Origin: Enterobacter phage CC31
DNA length: 64,000 nucleotides
Reading direction: 5' to 3' (one strand)
Sequence record: NC_014662.1
Both the position numbers and the translations under genes were made by a program. Shown one piece after another: positions 20,043 through 29,958 of this stretch (positions are counted from its first letter, which is position 1; each line of letters begins with the position of its first letter). Under the pieces are notes generated by a model, which saw only the letters and a list, made by a program, of their open reading frames with translations, searched no databases and was not told the DNA's origin.

Positions 20043-21487
20043 AGACCAGTTACCTCATGGAAATCACCCCAGATATCAGCAAACGTATTTGCTACATCTT
20101 TATCACGACGCATTTTAATCGCAATAGGCAAGAACAGCTTGACATAATCAGTTCGCCCTTCAGCAGCTAACCAACCATTACATTCGGATTCAAGAACACC
20201 ACCGATGTAGTCATTCTTGTTTTCCCAAATTCGAGTTCGGTCTAACTCATGAGCATCTTTACCTGGTTTGTCTTTAAGACCTGAACCAGCTTTAACTTTA
20301 ATCAGACCACATTCGGATTCAAGATAAAAACCACCGGCTTTACCTGGCTGCTTGCTATGCTCATAGATATCAACAATACGAAGGTCAATCGTAATAACTT
20401 CTTTGAACTTATAAAGGTTTTTAGAACGGGTGTTTTCCCAGAAAGCCCCAATGTTCTTCAGGATAATACCTTCAAGACCTTCATCAACGTATTTGCGATA
20501 AATGACCTTAGCTTCATCAAGATTATGAACGATGTGGTTCTCAATCAGAATCATCTGAGAGTAACCTTGAACCATCAGTTCTAATGCACGGAAGCGAACA
20601 TCATAAGCAAATCCAGATTGCTTACCTTCGGAATAAACAACATCCAACGGAACGTAATCCCATACTTGGAATTTCATACCAGCAGCTTCTTTAGCTGAGA
20701 TAGTTCCTTTCAGAGATTTGTTAGCCAACCCGTTTGACATTGTACGGGATTCTTCTTTGAATTCCTTAGCTTTACTCAGCTCGGGTAAATCACCGAAGAT
20801 ATCGTCCAATGGACCAGCTGGGAGAGTGCTTGCATGATAGACGAGTTCACCATCAATCATTACACCGCCAGGATGACGTTCACGAGCTTCTTTGGTCATT
20901 TCAATGAGTTGTTGTTTTAACAAATCAAGACCAAGATACTCGTTACCCGCTCGGGACAGAATTTTTACATCATCTAATTCATCACCACGAACTTCAGCAA
21001 ATGCTCTGGCACCATCGGCTTTAAGCTGTGCAAATGCAGGGAACTTGATGTTCTTTTCAATACCTTTTTCATCATAAGATGAAGCAAGCATCTGTGGCTG
21101 TTCGGGAATTAGATTTTTCCATACTTTATTCGCAATACTACGGGATGCGCCACAGCGCAAATCACGAAGCAGAACTTTCTTAACAACTTCTGCATCTGCA
21201 TCAGATGTTTGAGATAAAGCAATTTCAAGTTTTTCCTTTGCGGCATTACCGGTCACAACTCGCTTAGCTAATTTTTCTTCTAACAAATAAAGCATGTCTT
21301 CAAGAGTAAGATGAATATCACCTTTAGGTCTCGTATCCCACTTCTTGATGTAATACTGGAGCTTGCCATCATAAGTCATTCTGAATACTCGCTTCAGAAG
21401 CTCATTATCTTTATGACGACGGATGATAGCTTCTTTTTCTTTGGTAGAGCCAATTGAAGCAATTTCATTGATAATATCTAAAATCAT
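20039..21487 (-). CDS. 30: ATP-dependent DNA ligase gp30
   Basis: Strong match to T4 DNA ligase as recalled (KxDG adenylation motif in FAQLKADGAR; C-terminus FLPIAI...FHEVTGL); GAGGTG SD before ATG at 21487. Confidence 0.95.
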   Translation of the reverse strand: MILDIINEIASIGSTKEKEAIIRRHKDNELLKRVFRMTYDGKLQYYIKKWDTRPKGDIHLTLEDMLYLLEEKLAKRVVTGNAAKEKLEIALSQTSDADAEVVKKVLLRDLRCGASRSIANKVWKNLIPEQPQMLASSYDEKGIEKNIKFPAFAQLKADGARAFAEVRGDELDDVKILSRAGNEYLGLDLLKQQLIEMTKEARERHPGGVMIDGELVYHASTLPAGPLDDIFGDLPELSKAKEFKEESRTMSNGLANKSLKGTISAKEAAGMKFQVWDYVPLDVVYSEGKQSGFAYDVRFRALELMVQGYSQMILIENHIVHNLDEAKVIYRKYVDEGLEGIILKNIGAFWENTRSKNLYKFKEVITIDLRIVDIYEHSKQPGKAGGFYLESECGLIKVKAGSGLKDKPGKDAHELDRTRIWENKNDYIGGVLESECNGWLAAEGRTDYVKLFLPIAIKMRRDKDVANTFADIWGDFHEVTGL

Positions 21488-21545
21488 ATTCACCTCGTTT
21501 ATTGTCCCGAGCGGGTATGACAATTATATCATACCCTTTATAAAG

Positions 21546-21776
21546 CTATTGCCCGCGATACTCACGAATGAGTTCAGCCAGAGTTCGGTGGTAAAGTACT
21601 CCACCATTTTTACGAGTAATGTAGATTGCGCCATTGAACATCGCATCAATCATTTCACGTTGTTTTTGATTATCAGCATGAATGTTACGCGCCTTGAAGA
21701 ACTCTTCTTTGTTTGCGAAACTTTCTAAACGCTTAGTTTTGTCAGTTTGCGGGAACCATTCAATTACGTTAATCAT
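21546..21776 (-). CDS. hypothetical protein
   Basis: 76-aa ORF in the 30.x early region. Confidence 0.45.
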   Translation of the reverse strand: MINVIEWFPQTDKTKRLESFANKEEFFKARNIHADNQKQREMIDAMFNGAIYITRKNGGVLYHRTLAELIREYRGQ

Positions 21777-22642
21777 GCTTTACCTATAGTAGTTTTAGCT
21801 GTAGGCTGACGATTCAGATATTCGATACCTGTCCCAATTCCGTATCCTACACCTGGATTGTAAACAGGAAGATTACCTGGATGCTCATACCACGGCTTAT
21901 AATCAGAAGGACCTGGATTTACCCATTTCTTTGGAAATTCTGGAAACTTATCAAATGGCCAATTCGGAGTAGTCTTTTCAACCTTTTTGAATAAGTCGCT
22001 CAGCTTATCACCGAGGCTTTCCTGGAATTCGCGCTGATTCATCAGACGCTGAACATGTTCCCAGTTATGCACCTTTTCTCCATATTTAGAGGAGGTGTCT
22101 CGCTGACCACGAGGCATAAACATGCAATTGACTTCACCGCCAAAGACTTCATAAGCTGAATCTACATGATGAGGAAGGTCATCAATATAAGCAACAACTC
22201 TGTCGCCATATTTTTCTTTGATTTTCTCAAAGAGTTTAGTCTTTGGCTCAGCATGGTCACAGATGAAAGTTTCAAGGAAAGCACCTGGGAACAAAGCATT
22301 CAAGTTGAATTGACGATTCAGTTTAGCATCTACAGAAGTACCAAGTGCCGTTACTGCAACGAAGTCATACTTATCTTTCAGAGCATTGACAACCTTCAAA
22401 GCATCGTCATACGCAGCCAGATAGCGAATGAAATCTGAGCAATTATATTTGACCATCAGTTGTTGAGCAAATTCTTCGTCTACACCAAACAAATCTTTTG
22501 GAGCAACGAATTGGTCGTCAATAATCATTTCAAGAATGTGATGAACAGGCAGATTGTACTTCTGAGCGAAGTAAGGCAAGCCTGATTGCCACTTTACTAA
22601 TACACCGTCTACATCAGTAGAGATAATTGGTTTATTTGACAT
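21773..22642 (-). CDS. HAD-superfamily hydrolase-like protein (putative nucleotidase/phosphatase)
   Basis: 289 aa; HAD motif I STDVDGVLV near the N-terminus, with candidate motifs II-IV (VTAL, KTKLF, YIDDLP). Confidence 0.55.
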   Translation of the reverse strand: MSNKPIISTDVDGVLVKWQSGLPYFAQKYNLPVHHILEMIIDDQFVAPKDLFGVDEEFAQQLMVKYNCSDFIRYLAAYDDALKVVNALKDKYDFVAVTALGTSVDAKLNRQFNLNALFPGAFLETFICDHAEPKTKLFEKIKEKYGDRVVAYIDDLPHHVDSAYEVFGGEVNCMFMPRGQRDTSSKYGEKVHNWEHVQRLMNQREFQESLGDKLSDLFKKVEKTTPNWPFDKFPEFPKKWVNPGPSDYKPWYEHPGNLPVYNPGVGYGIGTGIEYLNRQPTAKTTIGKA

Positions 22643-22808
22643 TTTTAGCCTTCATTTTAGCAATCATGTAAGCCGCGATACAAGATTTACCCGGCAGCGA
22701 TGGTTGTCCAACTCCACTTAATAGAGTAGTTAACTCTCCTACTTTAATACCGCCTTGATTTAAGCGTTTTAAAACATCAAGACCTTTCATATCATATTTG
22801 ACTTGCAT
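22630..22808 (-). CDS. hypothetical small protein (about 59 aa, below ORF-track cutoff)
   Basis: Hand translation MQVKYDMKGLDVLKRL...; stop overlaps start of downstream gene. Confidence 0.35.
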
Positions 22809-22955
22809 AACATTTTCTCAAAGGTTGCGATACTGTTAGCTGGGCCACTTAGAGTTATCTCTATGAACCCAGGCTGACTTGAAGGACCAATTCTGTATAT
22901 ACATATGGCTAATGTTCTTGCGTATTCCAGAAGGTCCTTCGTTAACCCTCTTACA

Positions 22956-23159
22956 TTAAACTGTTTCATAAATTTCGTCATTAGCAGCTTTAAGAGGTTC
23001 GATTTCACATTCTAAACGAATATCAGTATTCCCATCAACCCATTGTACTTCATAAGCAGGTTGAACACCATATTCTGGGATTGCTTCAGCAGTATCACAG
23101 ATGACTCCCGGAATACCGCCTTTTCGCAGCTGTACGGCTTGTAAAATGTGGTATTTCAT
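22956..23159 (-). CDS. hypothetical protein
   Basis: 67-aa ORF; ATGA-type coupling with upstream small ORF. Confidence 0.45.
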   Translation of the reverse strand: MKYHILQAVQLRKGGIPGVICDTAEAIPEYGVQPAYEVQWVDGNTDIRLECEIEPLKAANDEIYETV

Positions 23160-23324
23160 TCTGCCACCGCATAAGTTGGAATTTGACGAAAGAAATCAGG
23201 GCATTCAAGCTGATACTTAACTTCTGTATCAGAGACAGTTACACCCAGCACTTCAATCATTGGATTGCTCAACATGCCGCGTTCAAATTCAGGTGCTTTA
23301 TTACGAGGAATAGTGATAATCATT
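23157..23324 (-). CDS. hypothetical small protein (about 55 aa, below ORF-track cutoff)
   Basis: Hand translation MIITIPRNKAPEFERG...; couples to neighbours. Confidence 0.35.
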
Positions 23325-23790
23325 ACAGAGTCTCCAATACAGTTTTTACTTTAGCTTCAGCAACTTGTTTAACAATCAGAACACGAACACCTTCAATCGC
23401 GTTGCGAATTTGCTTTTGAGCTTTTTCTGTAGCTTCATCTTCAGTGTAAGGACCAACACAGAAGGGCGATTGAGAACGACTGGCCGGGATGGTCATCATC
23501 CAGAAATCTTTATCTACAGAAGCTTGCTTAACTTCTTCAAGATACTTATGAATATCAGTAGCCAAGAAGAAGCACCATACTACATTGAATACACCAACAT
23601 TAGCATGATGAAGTTTACCATCAACATCAATTGCAATAATGTTTCCACCGCCGTCTATCTTTTTGACTGTAAATGAAGTTAGTCCGTTATTCAACAGCTT
23701 AAGAAGTTCATCAGAATAAGAACTTCCACGATTCTTAAGACAAGTAACACCGGATTCAGTCAGTTTAAACTCTTTATCAATAATGCTCAT
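23323..23790 (-). CDS. hypothetical protein
   Basis: 155-aa ORF in the 30.x region. Confidence 0.5.
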   Translation of the reverse strand: MSIIDKEFKLTESGVTCLKNRGSSYSDELLKLLNNGLTSFTVKKIDGGGNIIAIDVDGKLHHANVGVFNVVWCFFLATDIHKYLEEVKQASVDKDFWMMTIPASRSQSPFCVGPYTEDEATEKAQKQIRNAIEGVRVLIVKQVAEAKVKTVLETL

Positions 23791-23829
23791 AACTATTTCC
23801 TCAAGTAGAGGGGCCGAAGCCCCTAATTT

Positions 23830-24192
23830 TTAGATTACGAATTCGTTTGAAACGATATCCCAAATTGCTTCACGTTGTTCTTCAGTAGTTTTGAGGCTGA
23901 GAACATGACGCAGATAAAGTTTAACCAGAATTTTACGATTATCACCGTTCCAAGAAGGATGAGTTCCTAAATCGCGAGTACGATGATCATCGTGGAAACC
24001 AATTGAAATGACTGAACCTTTGAGTTTGACGTCTAAGGTTGGGCCATTTTCAAAACTGATGAAGACGTAGTTATCTTCCCAGTACATATCGATTTGAGCA
24101 ACTGTGCCATTTTTATGTTCCCAGAGTAAAGTTGTTGAAACGTCCCATGCATTATCTTGAACGTATTTTCTGTTAAAGTTTGTGAAGTTCAT
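23830..24192 (-). CDS. hypothetical protein
   Basis: 120-aa ORF preceded by early-promoter-like motif. Confidence 0.5.
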   Translation of the reverse strand: MNFTNFNRKYVQDNAWDVSTTLLWEHKNGTVAQIDMYWEDNYVFISFENGPTLDVKLKGSVISIGFHDDHRTRDLGTHPSWNGDNRKILVKLYLRHVLSLKTTEEQREAIWDIVSNEFVI

Positions 24193-24227
24193 TTTGTTCT
24201 CCGTTGTATCTGTTTGTTTTTGAGTTT

Positions 24228-24259
24228 ATATACTAACACATACAACGGAGGATGTAAAC
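24228..24259 (-). promoter_or_regulatory. T4 early-promoter-like element
   Basis: GATGTAAACGG (GTTTAC on minus) plus TATATACTAACAC -10 region. Confidence 0.5.
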
Positions 24260-24262
24260 GGT

Positions 24263-24784
24263 TTAGTTCACTTCTGTGAAAATTGTTTGAGGAACTTGCT
24301 CGGTTTTGGCAGTTGCAATCATCTTCATAATGGCAGCTTTTCCTTCAATGTTTTTACGCAAGAACGACTTGCATGCATCATGAGCTTCTTCGGACGTCAT
24401 AAGCGTAGCTATTGAACGCGCTTCCCCTACTTGGTCCAGATTCAACCAAACGTTTTCTTTCTTAGTCTGGCCAAAAGCCGCATACATCACTTCAACGGTC
24501 TTTTCTTCAGTTTCAATCAGAAAATTTTTAATTTCATTTGAAGTAAACCAAGGACACGAATCGCCATTCATACCATCAATATCAGCACCCTTTGGACTTA
24601 TCCAGCCTTCATTTTCAAATCGGATAAGACCAATAGAACCTGAAGCAATTGCTTCACCCTTTGCAATGTAAAAAGGTCTGTCACCGATATAATCGGCAAT
24701 CAATTGATTTACTCGCTGATTGCATCCTTCAGCGAACTTTAAAAAACCTTCTTTGTCTAAGCGGTACAGAACATCACTTTTCAT
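24263..24784 (-). CDS. hypothetical protein
   Basis: 173-aa ORF. Confidence 0.5.
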   Translation of the reverse strand: MKSDVLYRLDKEGFLKFAEGCNQRVNQLIADYIGDRPFYIAKGEAIASGSIGLIRFENEGWISPKGADIDGMNGDSCPWFTSNEIKNFLIETEEKTVEVMYAAFGQTKKENVWLNLDQVGEARSIATLMTSEEAHDACKSFLRKNIEGKAAIMKMIATAKTEQVPQTIFTEVN

Positions 24785-24808
24785 AGTTTCCTCATAAGGC
24801 CCGAAGGC

Positions 24809-25231
24809 CTAGAACATTTTACGTTCGGTCCAGTTATCAAGATTAACTGTGCCAGTTTTCTTCATTTTCTCAATCAAGTTATCTGCGCGAGTGCGTCCAT
24901 TTTCATACCACACTACATCTTCAGAATAACCATCTTCGTCTTCATAAGTTTCTGAACGAATGTGACCGTGAATGCTTGTTTTCAAAACGTATTCAGAGCC
25001 AGTGAACCAGTTAGTCAAAACGATGTACCAGCAGAAATCAGTAGATGGACCATCAGGAGTCATACAGTGAACTACATCTCCTTGCCATGAAGACAGATGC
25101 CACATTGGCTCTTCTACTTCAATTGCTTTATATCCGTCATGGTCTTTCGTTTTGATTTTAGCGTTCAGATTAATTGTGTTCATTTTATTCTCCGTTACCA
25201 TATTGGTTATTGAGATTCTATCATAACACAA
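24809..25231 (-). CDS. hypothetical protein
   Basis: 140-aa ORF preceded by early-promoter-like motif. Confidence 0.5.
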   Translation of the reverse strand: MCYDRISITNMVTENKMNTINLNAKIKTKDHDGYKAIEVEEPMWHLSSWQGDVVHCMTPDGPSTDFCWYIVLTNWFTGSEYVLKTSIHGHIRSETYEDEDGYSEDVVWYENGRTRADNLIEKMKKTGTVNLDNWTERKMF

Positions 25232-25249
25232 CTTTCAACAGATGTAAAC
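25218..25249 (-). promoter_or_regulatory. T4 early-promoter-like element
   Basis: GATGTAAACGGTTAG motif with CTATCATAACAC -10 region. Confidence 0.5.
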
Positions 25250-25251
25250 GG

Positions 25252-25455
25252 TTAGAGTTTTTCGCAACTATGATATTCAGTATCTGTCCAAATACCAAAT
25301 GACGGCAATGATTCTAGCATTGAGTTTCCGACTTTAACTGCGTCTTCCCATGGCCAAAGCGTAGCAACCTTTTCATAGAAAAAGATTGAATCCATGTGTG
25401 AATATTCTGCTGGGTATTCTGATGTAACTTTGAAAATAAATTTACGCTTAAACAT
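25252..25455 (-). CDS. hypothetical protein
   Basis: 67-aa ORF. Confidence 0.45.
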   Translation of the reverse strand: MFKRKFIFKVTSEYPAEYSHMDSIFFYEKVATLWPWEDAVKVGNSMLESLPSFGIWTDTEYHSCEKL

Positions 25456-25476
25456 ATGAACCTCTTAAACAAAAAA

Positions 25477-25496
25477 GGGACTCCCGAAGGAGTCCC
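25477..25496 (-). terminator. intrinsic terminator (GGGACTCC-CGAA-GGAGTCCC + T6 on minus strand)
   Basis: Read directly. Confidence 0.6.
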
Positions 25497-25501
25497 GAAC
25501 T

Positions 25502-25688
25502 TATGCTTTATGCTTTCTTACGTGGATTACCAAAAGCCGTGTCGTGAGCAATAACTTTACGAGCACGAGATGCTAACTTATCTGTTAGCTGATTGATACG
25601 CTTGTTCGAACCACGCTTGTAGCCAGCGCGTTTAGAGGTACCAACAACTTCTTTTACTGCAGTTTTTGCTTTAGCTTGTTTAGCCATT
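25502..25688 (-). CDS. small very basic protein (about 59 aa, below ORF-track cutoff)
   Basis: Hand translation MAKQAKAKTAVKEVVGTSKRAGYKRGSNKRINQLTDKLASRARK...; AGGAGG-like SD (CCTCCTTATATGG on plus). Confidence 0.45.
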
Positions 25689-25835
25689 TTTAGTCTTCCA
25701 TATAAGGAGGTAATAAAAGAGCTCTAAGTCTTAGACAGCTAACCTTTTGCTGACGCATAGAGCCGTTGTTAATGGAAGTTTTGGATATTTAACGTCTGGA
25801 TAACTACCAACCACGACCAAGTCCTCGAAGGGTAC

Positions 25836-26105
25836 TTATTTCAAAGTCACTACGAAGTGACGAACCGCTTTACGAGCTGCTGAACACAGAGGTTTAGCAA
25901 ACTTCAACTCATCTTTCAGAGCAAGTGCATCGCGGAGGTCTGCCTGAACAGGATTCAGATGTTTGAAACCTTTCAGAACTTCCAGTGCTTCGGCGTAAAC
26001 GTCGATAGATGCACCGTAGTTTTCGTGACCTGCGTTCCAGGAGTTGCGCTGCAGATGCAGAGCGTGTTCAAGTTGTTTGTTCATTGACATTATGTCATTC
26101 CTCAA
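25836..26105 (-). CDS. rIII: probable rIII lysis-inhibition accessory protein
   Basis: 89 aa; position immediately downstream of gene 31 as in T4. Confidence 0.6.
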   Translation of the reverse strand: MRNDIMSMNKQLEHALHLQRNSWNAGHENYGASIDVYAEALEVLKGFKHLNPVQADLRDALALKDELKFAKPLCSAARKAVRHFVVTLK

Positions 26106-26215
26106 TACGAGGTTAATAAAAGGTAGACGGTATCAGAGTTTAATCTATGCGTCTACCACCTTGTAATTTCTCCGGGTAACTTTTGTCCGGCAGCCAAATT
26201 ACAATAATATTTATA

Positions 26216-26539
26216 TCACCCGTAGATACACGGAATTGATTTCCAATGACAAGTCACAAATTTTTGTGCAATTTCTTTTGGTTTTTTCATACCAGCAGCG
26301 ACAAGCGGATGAGGTACATTACGAATCTGACCAGTTGGCAGCGGCACTAACATACCGACTTCGAAAATACCTTCAGGAACATCCGCGCCGATTGAATATA
26401 TTTCACACATATCGGGGATTTGTCCGGTTTCTTGTTTGCCGATAACAATACCGCCAGAAGAAACGATTTCATCACCTTGCTGAGGCGGTTCAGAAACCAA
26501 GATAACATGTTCGCCGATAGCTTTAATTGGTAAATCCAT
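26216..26539 (-). CDS. 31: co-chaperonin gp31 (GroES analogue)
   Basis: Matches T4 gp31 as recalled ([38 protein letters not shown]); AAGGTG SD before ATG at 26539. Confidence 0.9.
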   Translation of the reverse strand: MDLPIKAIGEHVILVSEPPQQGDEIVSSGGIVIGKQETGQIPDMCEIYSIGADVPEGIFEVGMLVPLPTGQIRNVPHPLVAAGMKKPKEIAQKFVTCHWKSIPCIYG

Positions 26540-26595
26540 TGTTACACCTTGTTGTTTGAGCATGAAATAATATTATCATGCTCATATTTAAGCAA

Positions 26596-26949
26596 TTAAC
26601 CTTTGACCTGAACCAGTTTCAGCAGATGCTCTACTTTAACACCATTCACTGAAACGATAGAATCCAGTTTGAATGAACGCCATGCGTGTTTTTCAGTGTC
26701 CCACACAGGAATAGCTTCTGTAGATTCTTTACGAGACACCTGAGAACCAGTGCTTTCAACCAGGTCACTTGGAATGATGTCATGGTCGCGAGTACAACGC
26801 AGAGAGCGGATAGTACCGTCTACTTTCTCAAATACTACCTGAGATTCGCCACGAGCCAGAATTGGTTTCAGAGTATCACGGATTTGTACTTTTTCAGCTT
26901 CAGTCAGTTTAGTTTTCTTAGTCATTAGTTTGGCCTTTATATTCAGCAA
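26596..26949 (-). CDS. hypothetical protein (31.1-like position)
   Basis: 117-aa ORF. Confidence 0.5.
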   Translation of the reverse strand: MLNIKAKLMTKKTKLTEAEKVQIRDTLKPILARGESQVVFEKVDGTIRSLRCTRDHDIIPSDLVESTGSQVSRKESTEAIPVWDTEKHAWRSFKLDSIVSVNGVKVEHLLKLVQVKG

Positions 26950-27259
26950 GATATTGGAAGCGGAATTTATACTTACCGCTCGGTTCTTTTGTTACTTCTC
27001 GTAAAAATACAACAATTGGATTGTACTCGTTGATTGCTGCGATAGCATAATCCAAATCATCGGCAATCTTAGATACAACCTCGAAGCAAGAAGCTCCGTT
27101 GGCTTGTTCCAGTTGGAACGTTGGGCCAGGAATTTCAACGGTGTAGATTTCCAAGTCACGCAGACGTTGTGCTACATATCCAGTGATATCTTCCGGTTCA
27201 GCAGTAATCTTGGTTTTATTCAAATCAAGCATTTTCAACACCACAGTAGTTTTCAACAT
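26918..27259 (-). CDS. hypothetical protein (31.2-like position)
   Basis: 113-aa ORF. Confidence 0.5.
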   Translation of the reverse strand: MLKTTVVLKMLDLNKTKITAEPEDITGYVAQRLRDLEIYTVEIPGPTFQLEQANGASCFEVVSKIADDLDYAIAAINEYNPIVVFLREVTKEPSGKYKFRFQYLAEYKGQTND

Positions 27260-27791
27260 TATACCAATTGAGTTTATTCAGGTTCGTCTTAGGAACATGA
27301 TGAATCTCAATACCAGCATCGCGGAGTATGTTATCCCAACCATCGATGTTTTTATCGTATGTTTCACAATATACGAGTTTCTTAATTCCAGATTGAGCAA
27401 TAGCTTTAGCACAGTCTGGGCATGGTGAAAGTGTAACGTACATCGTAGCGCCTTCAATTGAAGAACCATTACGTGCTGCGAACAGAATAGCATTCAATTC
27501 AGCATGTATTTCGTTAATTTTCGACCACTCAGAGTGTTCAGCTCGGAATTTAGTGTCTAATCCATATTTTGGAATTGGTCCATCTTGACGAAGACCACTT
27601 CCAGGTTTCTTAACTAACCACCCTTTATCTTCAGCGTGGTCGCAACAGTTAACTCCACCGGCAGGAGAACCATTATAGCCGGTAGAAATGATACGACCAT
27701 TTTTCTCAATAACTGCACCGACTTTCCAGGAGCAGCATTTCGATTCTTGGGAAATCAGATAAGCGATTTGTAAGACGGTGCTAGCTTTCAT
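27225..27791 (-). CDS. cd: dCMP deaminase
   Basis: 188 aa; zinc-binding cytidine/dCMP deaminase motifs HAELNAI and PCPDCAKAI. Confidence 0.92.
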   Translation of the reverse strand: MKASTVLQIAYLISQESKCCSWKVGAVIEKNGRIISTGYNGSPAGGVNCCDHAEDKGWLVKKPGSGLRQDGPIPKYGLDTKFRAEHSEWSKINEIHAELNAILFAARNGSSIEGATMYVTLSPCPDCAKAIAQSGIKKLVYCETYDKNIDGWDNILRDAGIEIHHVPKTNLNKLNWYNVENYCGVENA

Positions 27792-28138
27792 TATTGAATC
27801 ACCAAATAGTTTGAACGGTCAGTTTTAATCAGCGTGATTTCAGTATGAAGAGGAATAATCTCTTGTACCGTACTAGTGATTATAAACACCCCGTCTTTAA
27901 AGCGTTTCTTTTTGTCAAAGAAAACATCGCCATAAAAACGTTCACCTACGACAGGAGAAGTCTGGTCTTTTGAAGTGATAAGGATTCCATCATACCCCAC
28001 GCAAGAATTCACCAGACGGTCACACGCTAACACAGAACGAATGAATCCAACACCATCTTCAGTGAATTGAGATTTATCACCACACGCGTTGTAATGTTCT
28101 TTTCGGACACCATCGAAGATGTCAGTTAAATTCATCAA
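27791..28138 (-). CDS. hypothetical protein (cd-downstream)
   Basis: 115-aa ORF, start/stop coupled to neighbours. Confidence 0.5.
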   Translation of the reverse strand: MMNLTDIFDGVRKEHYNACGDKSQFTEDGVGFIRSVLACDRLVNSCVGYDGILITSKDQTSPVVGERFYGDVFFDKKKRFKDGVFIITSTVQEIIPLHTEITLIKTDRSNYLVIQ

Positions 28139-28365
28139 ATTATATCACCTAAAACGTTAGTCATTGTAACATGCCCATGACGGTCAAGAGTTAACAAAGC
28201 TGTCTGGTCCTTTCCGTTATGAGTGATTGTAATCAAAGCTCCATTAGAAACGCGGTCAGGACGGAGCTGAACCTCAGCTCCTGGTACTTTATTTGCTAAA
28301 GCCTGCGCGAATTCTTTGAGCTTTTCCAGAAATTCAATCCGGGTAAAAGTTTTATCAGAAGTCAC
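28135..28365 (-). CDS. hypothetical protein
   Basis: 76-aa ORF. Confidence 0.45.
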   Translation of the reverse strand: MTSDKTFTRIEFLEKLKEFAQALANKVPGAEVQLRPDRVSNGALITITHNGKDQTALLTLDRHGHVTMTNVLGDII

Positions 28366-28648
28366 TGTTGTCCCAGCTATAAATTACGGAGAAGAAAATA
28401 GGGTCATCTTTATCAATATCTAAACGGAAATCAAAAGTCATTGAATAGCTATTGAAAGATGGTGTAACTTTAAATTTAATGCCTTTCCACAGAATTTGTA
28501 AAGCACCTACAATATCCGCATGAATTTGCGCATGAGTCGGTGCTGTTGCTGGAACAAATAGAAAGTTATCTGCAACCTGAGCTACAACAACTTCAGCCAC
28601 TTTACGAAAACTTGAAAGACCTGGACGTACTTCAGTATGAATTCCCAT
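28355..28648 (-). CDS. hypothetical protein
   Basis: 97-aa ORF. Confidence 0.45.
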   Translation of the reverse strand: MGIHTEVRPGLSSFRKVAEVVVAQVADNFLFVPATAPTHAQIHADIVGALQILWKGIKFKVTPSFNSYSMTFDFRLDIDKDDPIFFSVIYSWDNSDF

Positions 28649-28866
28649 TAGTGCACCGTGTGTACTTTAACGTTAACGACAAAGTGAGTAATAACCTCAC
28701 CAATTGGAACGAACTCTACATAATACTCATCTTTGTATCGAGAGTTCATATCGGTGCGAATTTGAGCAAGCTTATTAATGAGCTCAGGTGTCATATTCAT
28801 ACCGACTATTTCACGAAGAAGCTTGTAAGCTTCCTCTTTAACCTGTTCGTGTTTATTATACATCAT
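28648..28866 (-). CDS. hypothetical protein
   Basis: 72-aa ORF. Confidence 0.45.
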   Translation of the reverse strand: MMYNKHEQVKEEAYKLLREIVGMNMTPELINKLAQIRTDMNSRYKDEYYVEFVPIGEVITHFVVNVKVHTVH

Positions 28867-28879
28867 TTCACCTTATGCA

Positions 28880-29101
28880 TTATCGACGATGCCACGGGAG
28901 CATGAGCTTAGTTTTCTTGACAGTATAACTTCTTTCAGGATTAGCTGCTCGAACTTTTAAGCATGTTTCCCAAGCAGCACCTTCTTCGCCATATACGCAA
29001 TAATGATTATCAAATATAACTACGCAACCGGTGCTGCTATTAATGATAGCCCAACATTCATGATAACCCATCAGAAATCTCCATGAGCAACTTGCCAGCA
29101 T
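28880..29101 (-). CDS. hypothetical protein
   Basis: 73-aa ORF. Confidence 0.4.
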   Translation of the reverse strand: MLASCSWRFLMGYHECWAIINSSTGCVVIFDNHYCVYGEEGAAWETCLKVRAANPERSYTVKKTKLMLPWHRR

Positions 29102-29958
29102 TCAACACCGATACGACGCCACATTTCAACTACTTGTGCTCGGTCATCTACTGCAAGCTTAATGTTATAATGAGGAGCAATATCGCGCCAGAAGATTTCT
29201 TCTTTTACGATATCATCTTTACGAGAATCGCCCTGCTTACGCTGCCAATGCCCATGAGTTTCACCGACATGGTCTAATACCCATTTCTGAGTCATGCGAC
29301 GATAAACAGTTTCATCTTCTTTTGTACCAGATTCGCGCCCAGATACAGTAAGAATTTTAAACCCTTTCTGCCGAAGCATTTTCAGGAGTTCAATAACCAT
29401 TTCTTTTGGAGCATCTTCAGCACATTTATCAAGGTCAAATGGTGAACGATGATGGTTATCTGCAAGAGTTCCATCAAGGTCAAAGATAACCGCTTTTGGC
29501 TTAGACAAATCAGGAACGTAAACTTTCTCAACTTCCATCAGTGTATAAAAATGGCGCAGAACATCAATCGGGACTGCTTTATCGCCACGATATTGGTTGC
29601 GCTTAACCAGTTCAGTCCAAGGAACATGGAAGTCCTGGAAAGACATTTCATACAGACCTTTGAAACGAAGTTCCCATTTCTCGACGGTTTTAGGGTTCAA
29701 GTTAGTGTCGCAGACTATAACACCTTTGGTGTGTTCAAGGTCAAGCAGAGACACTGCAGCAGAAATTTGAGCAGCTGTTACTGCACGCTCTTTATGCTTA
29801 GAATATTTGTAAGCATTGCGAGCATCAAGGCCAAACAGCTTTTCACGGAAATCATCACGAGACAGAATGTACCAACCAGGATTTTTAGCGACATATTCAT
29901 TTGCCCAAGTTGACTTTCCACAACCTGGAGCACCGCGAGTCAAAATAATCTTTTTCAT
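29071..29958 (-). CDS. pseT: polynucleotide 5'-kinase / 3'-phosphatase
   Basis: 295 aa; P-loop GAPGCGKST; phosphatase DxDGT motif (VIFDLDGTLA); C-terminus matches T4 Pnk as recalled (IGVECWQVA). Confidence 0.93.
   Translation of the reverse strand: MKKIILTRGAPGCGKSTWANEYVAKNPGWYILSRDDFREKLFGLDARNAYKYSKHKERAVTAAQISAAVSLLDLEHTKGVIVCDTNLNPKTVEKWELRFKGLYEMSFQDFHVPWTELVKRNQYRGDKAVPIDVLRHFYTLMEVEKVYVPDLSKPKAVIFDLDGTLADNHHRSPFDLDKCAEDAPKEMVIELLKMLRQKGFKILTVSGRESGTKEDETVYRRMTQKWVLDHVGETHGHWQRKQGDSRKDDIVKEEIFWRDIAPHYNIKLAVDDRAQVVEMWRRIGVECWQVAHGDF

Noticed and set aside
22787-23008. 73-aa ORF overlapping the small genes at 22630..22808 and 22956..23159
   Set aside because: Conflicts with two translationally coupled ORFs that fit operon structure better; kept out of the feature list
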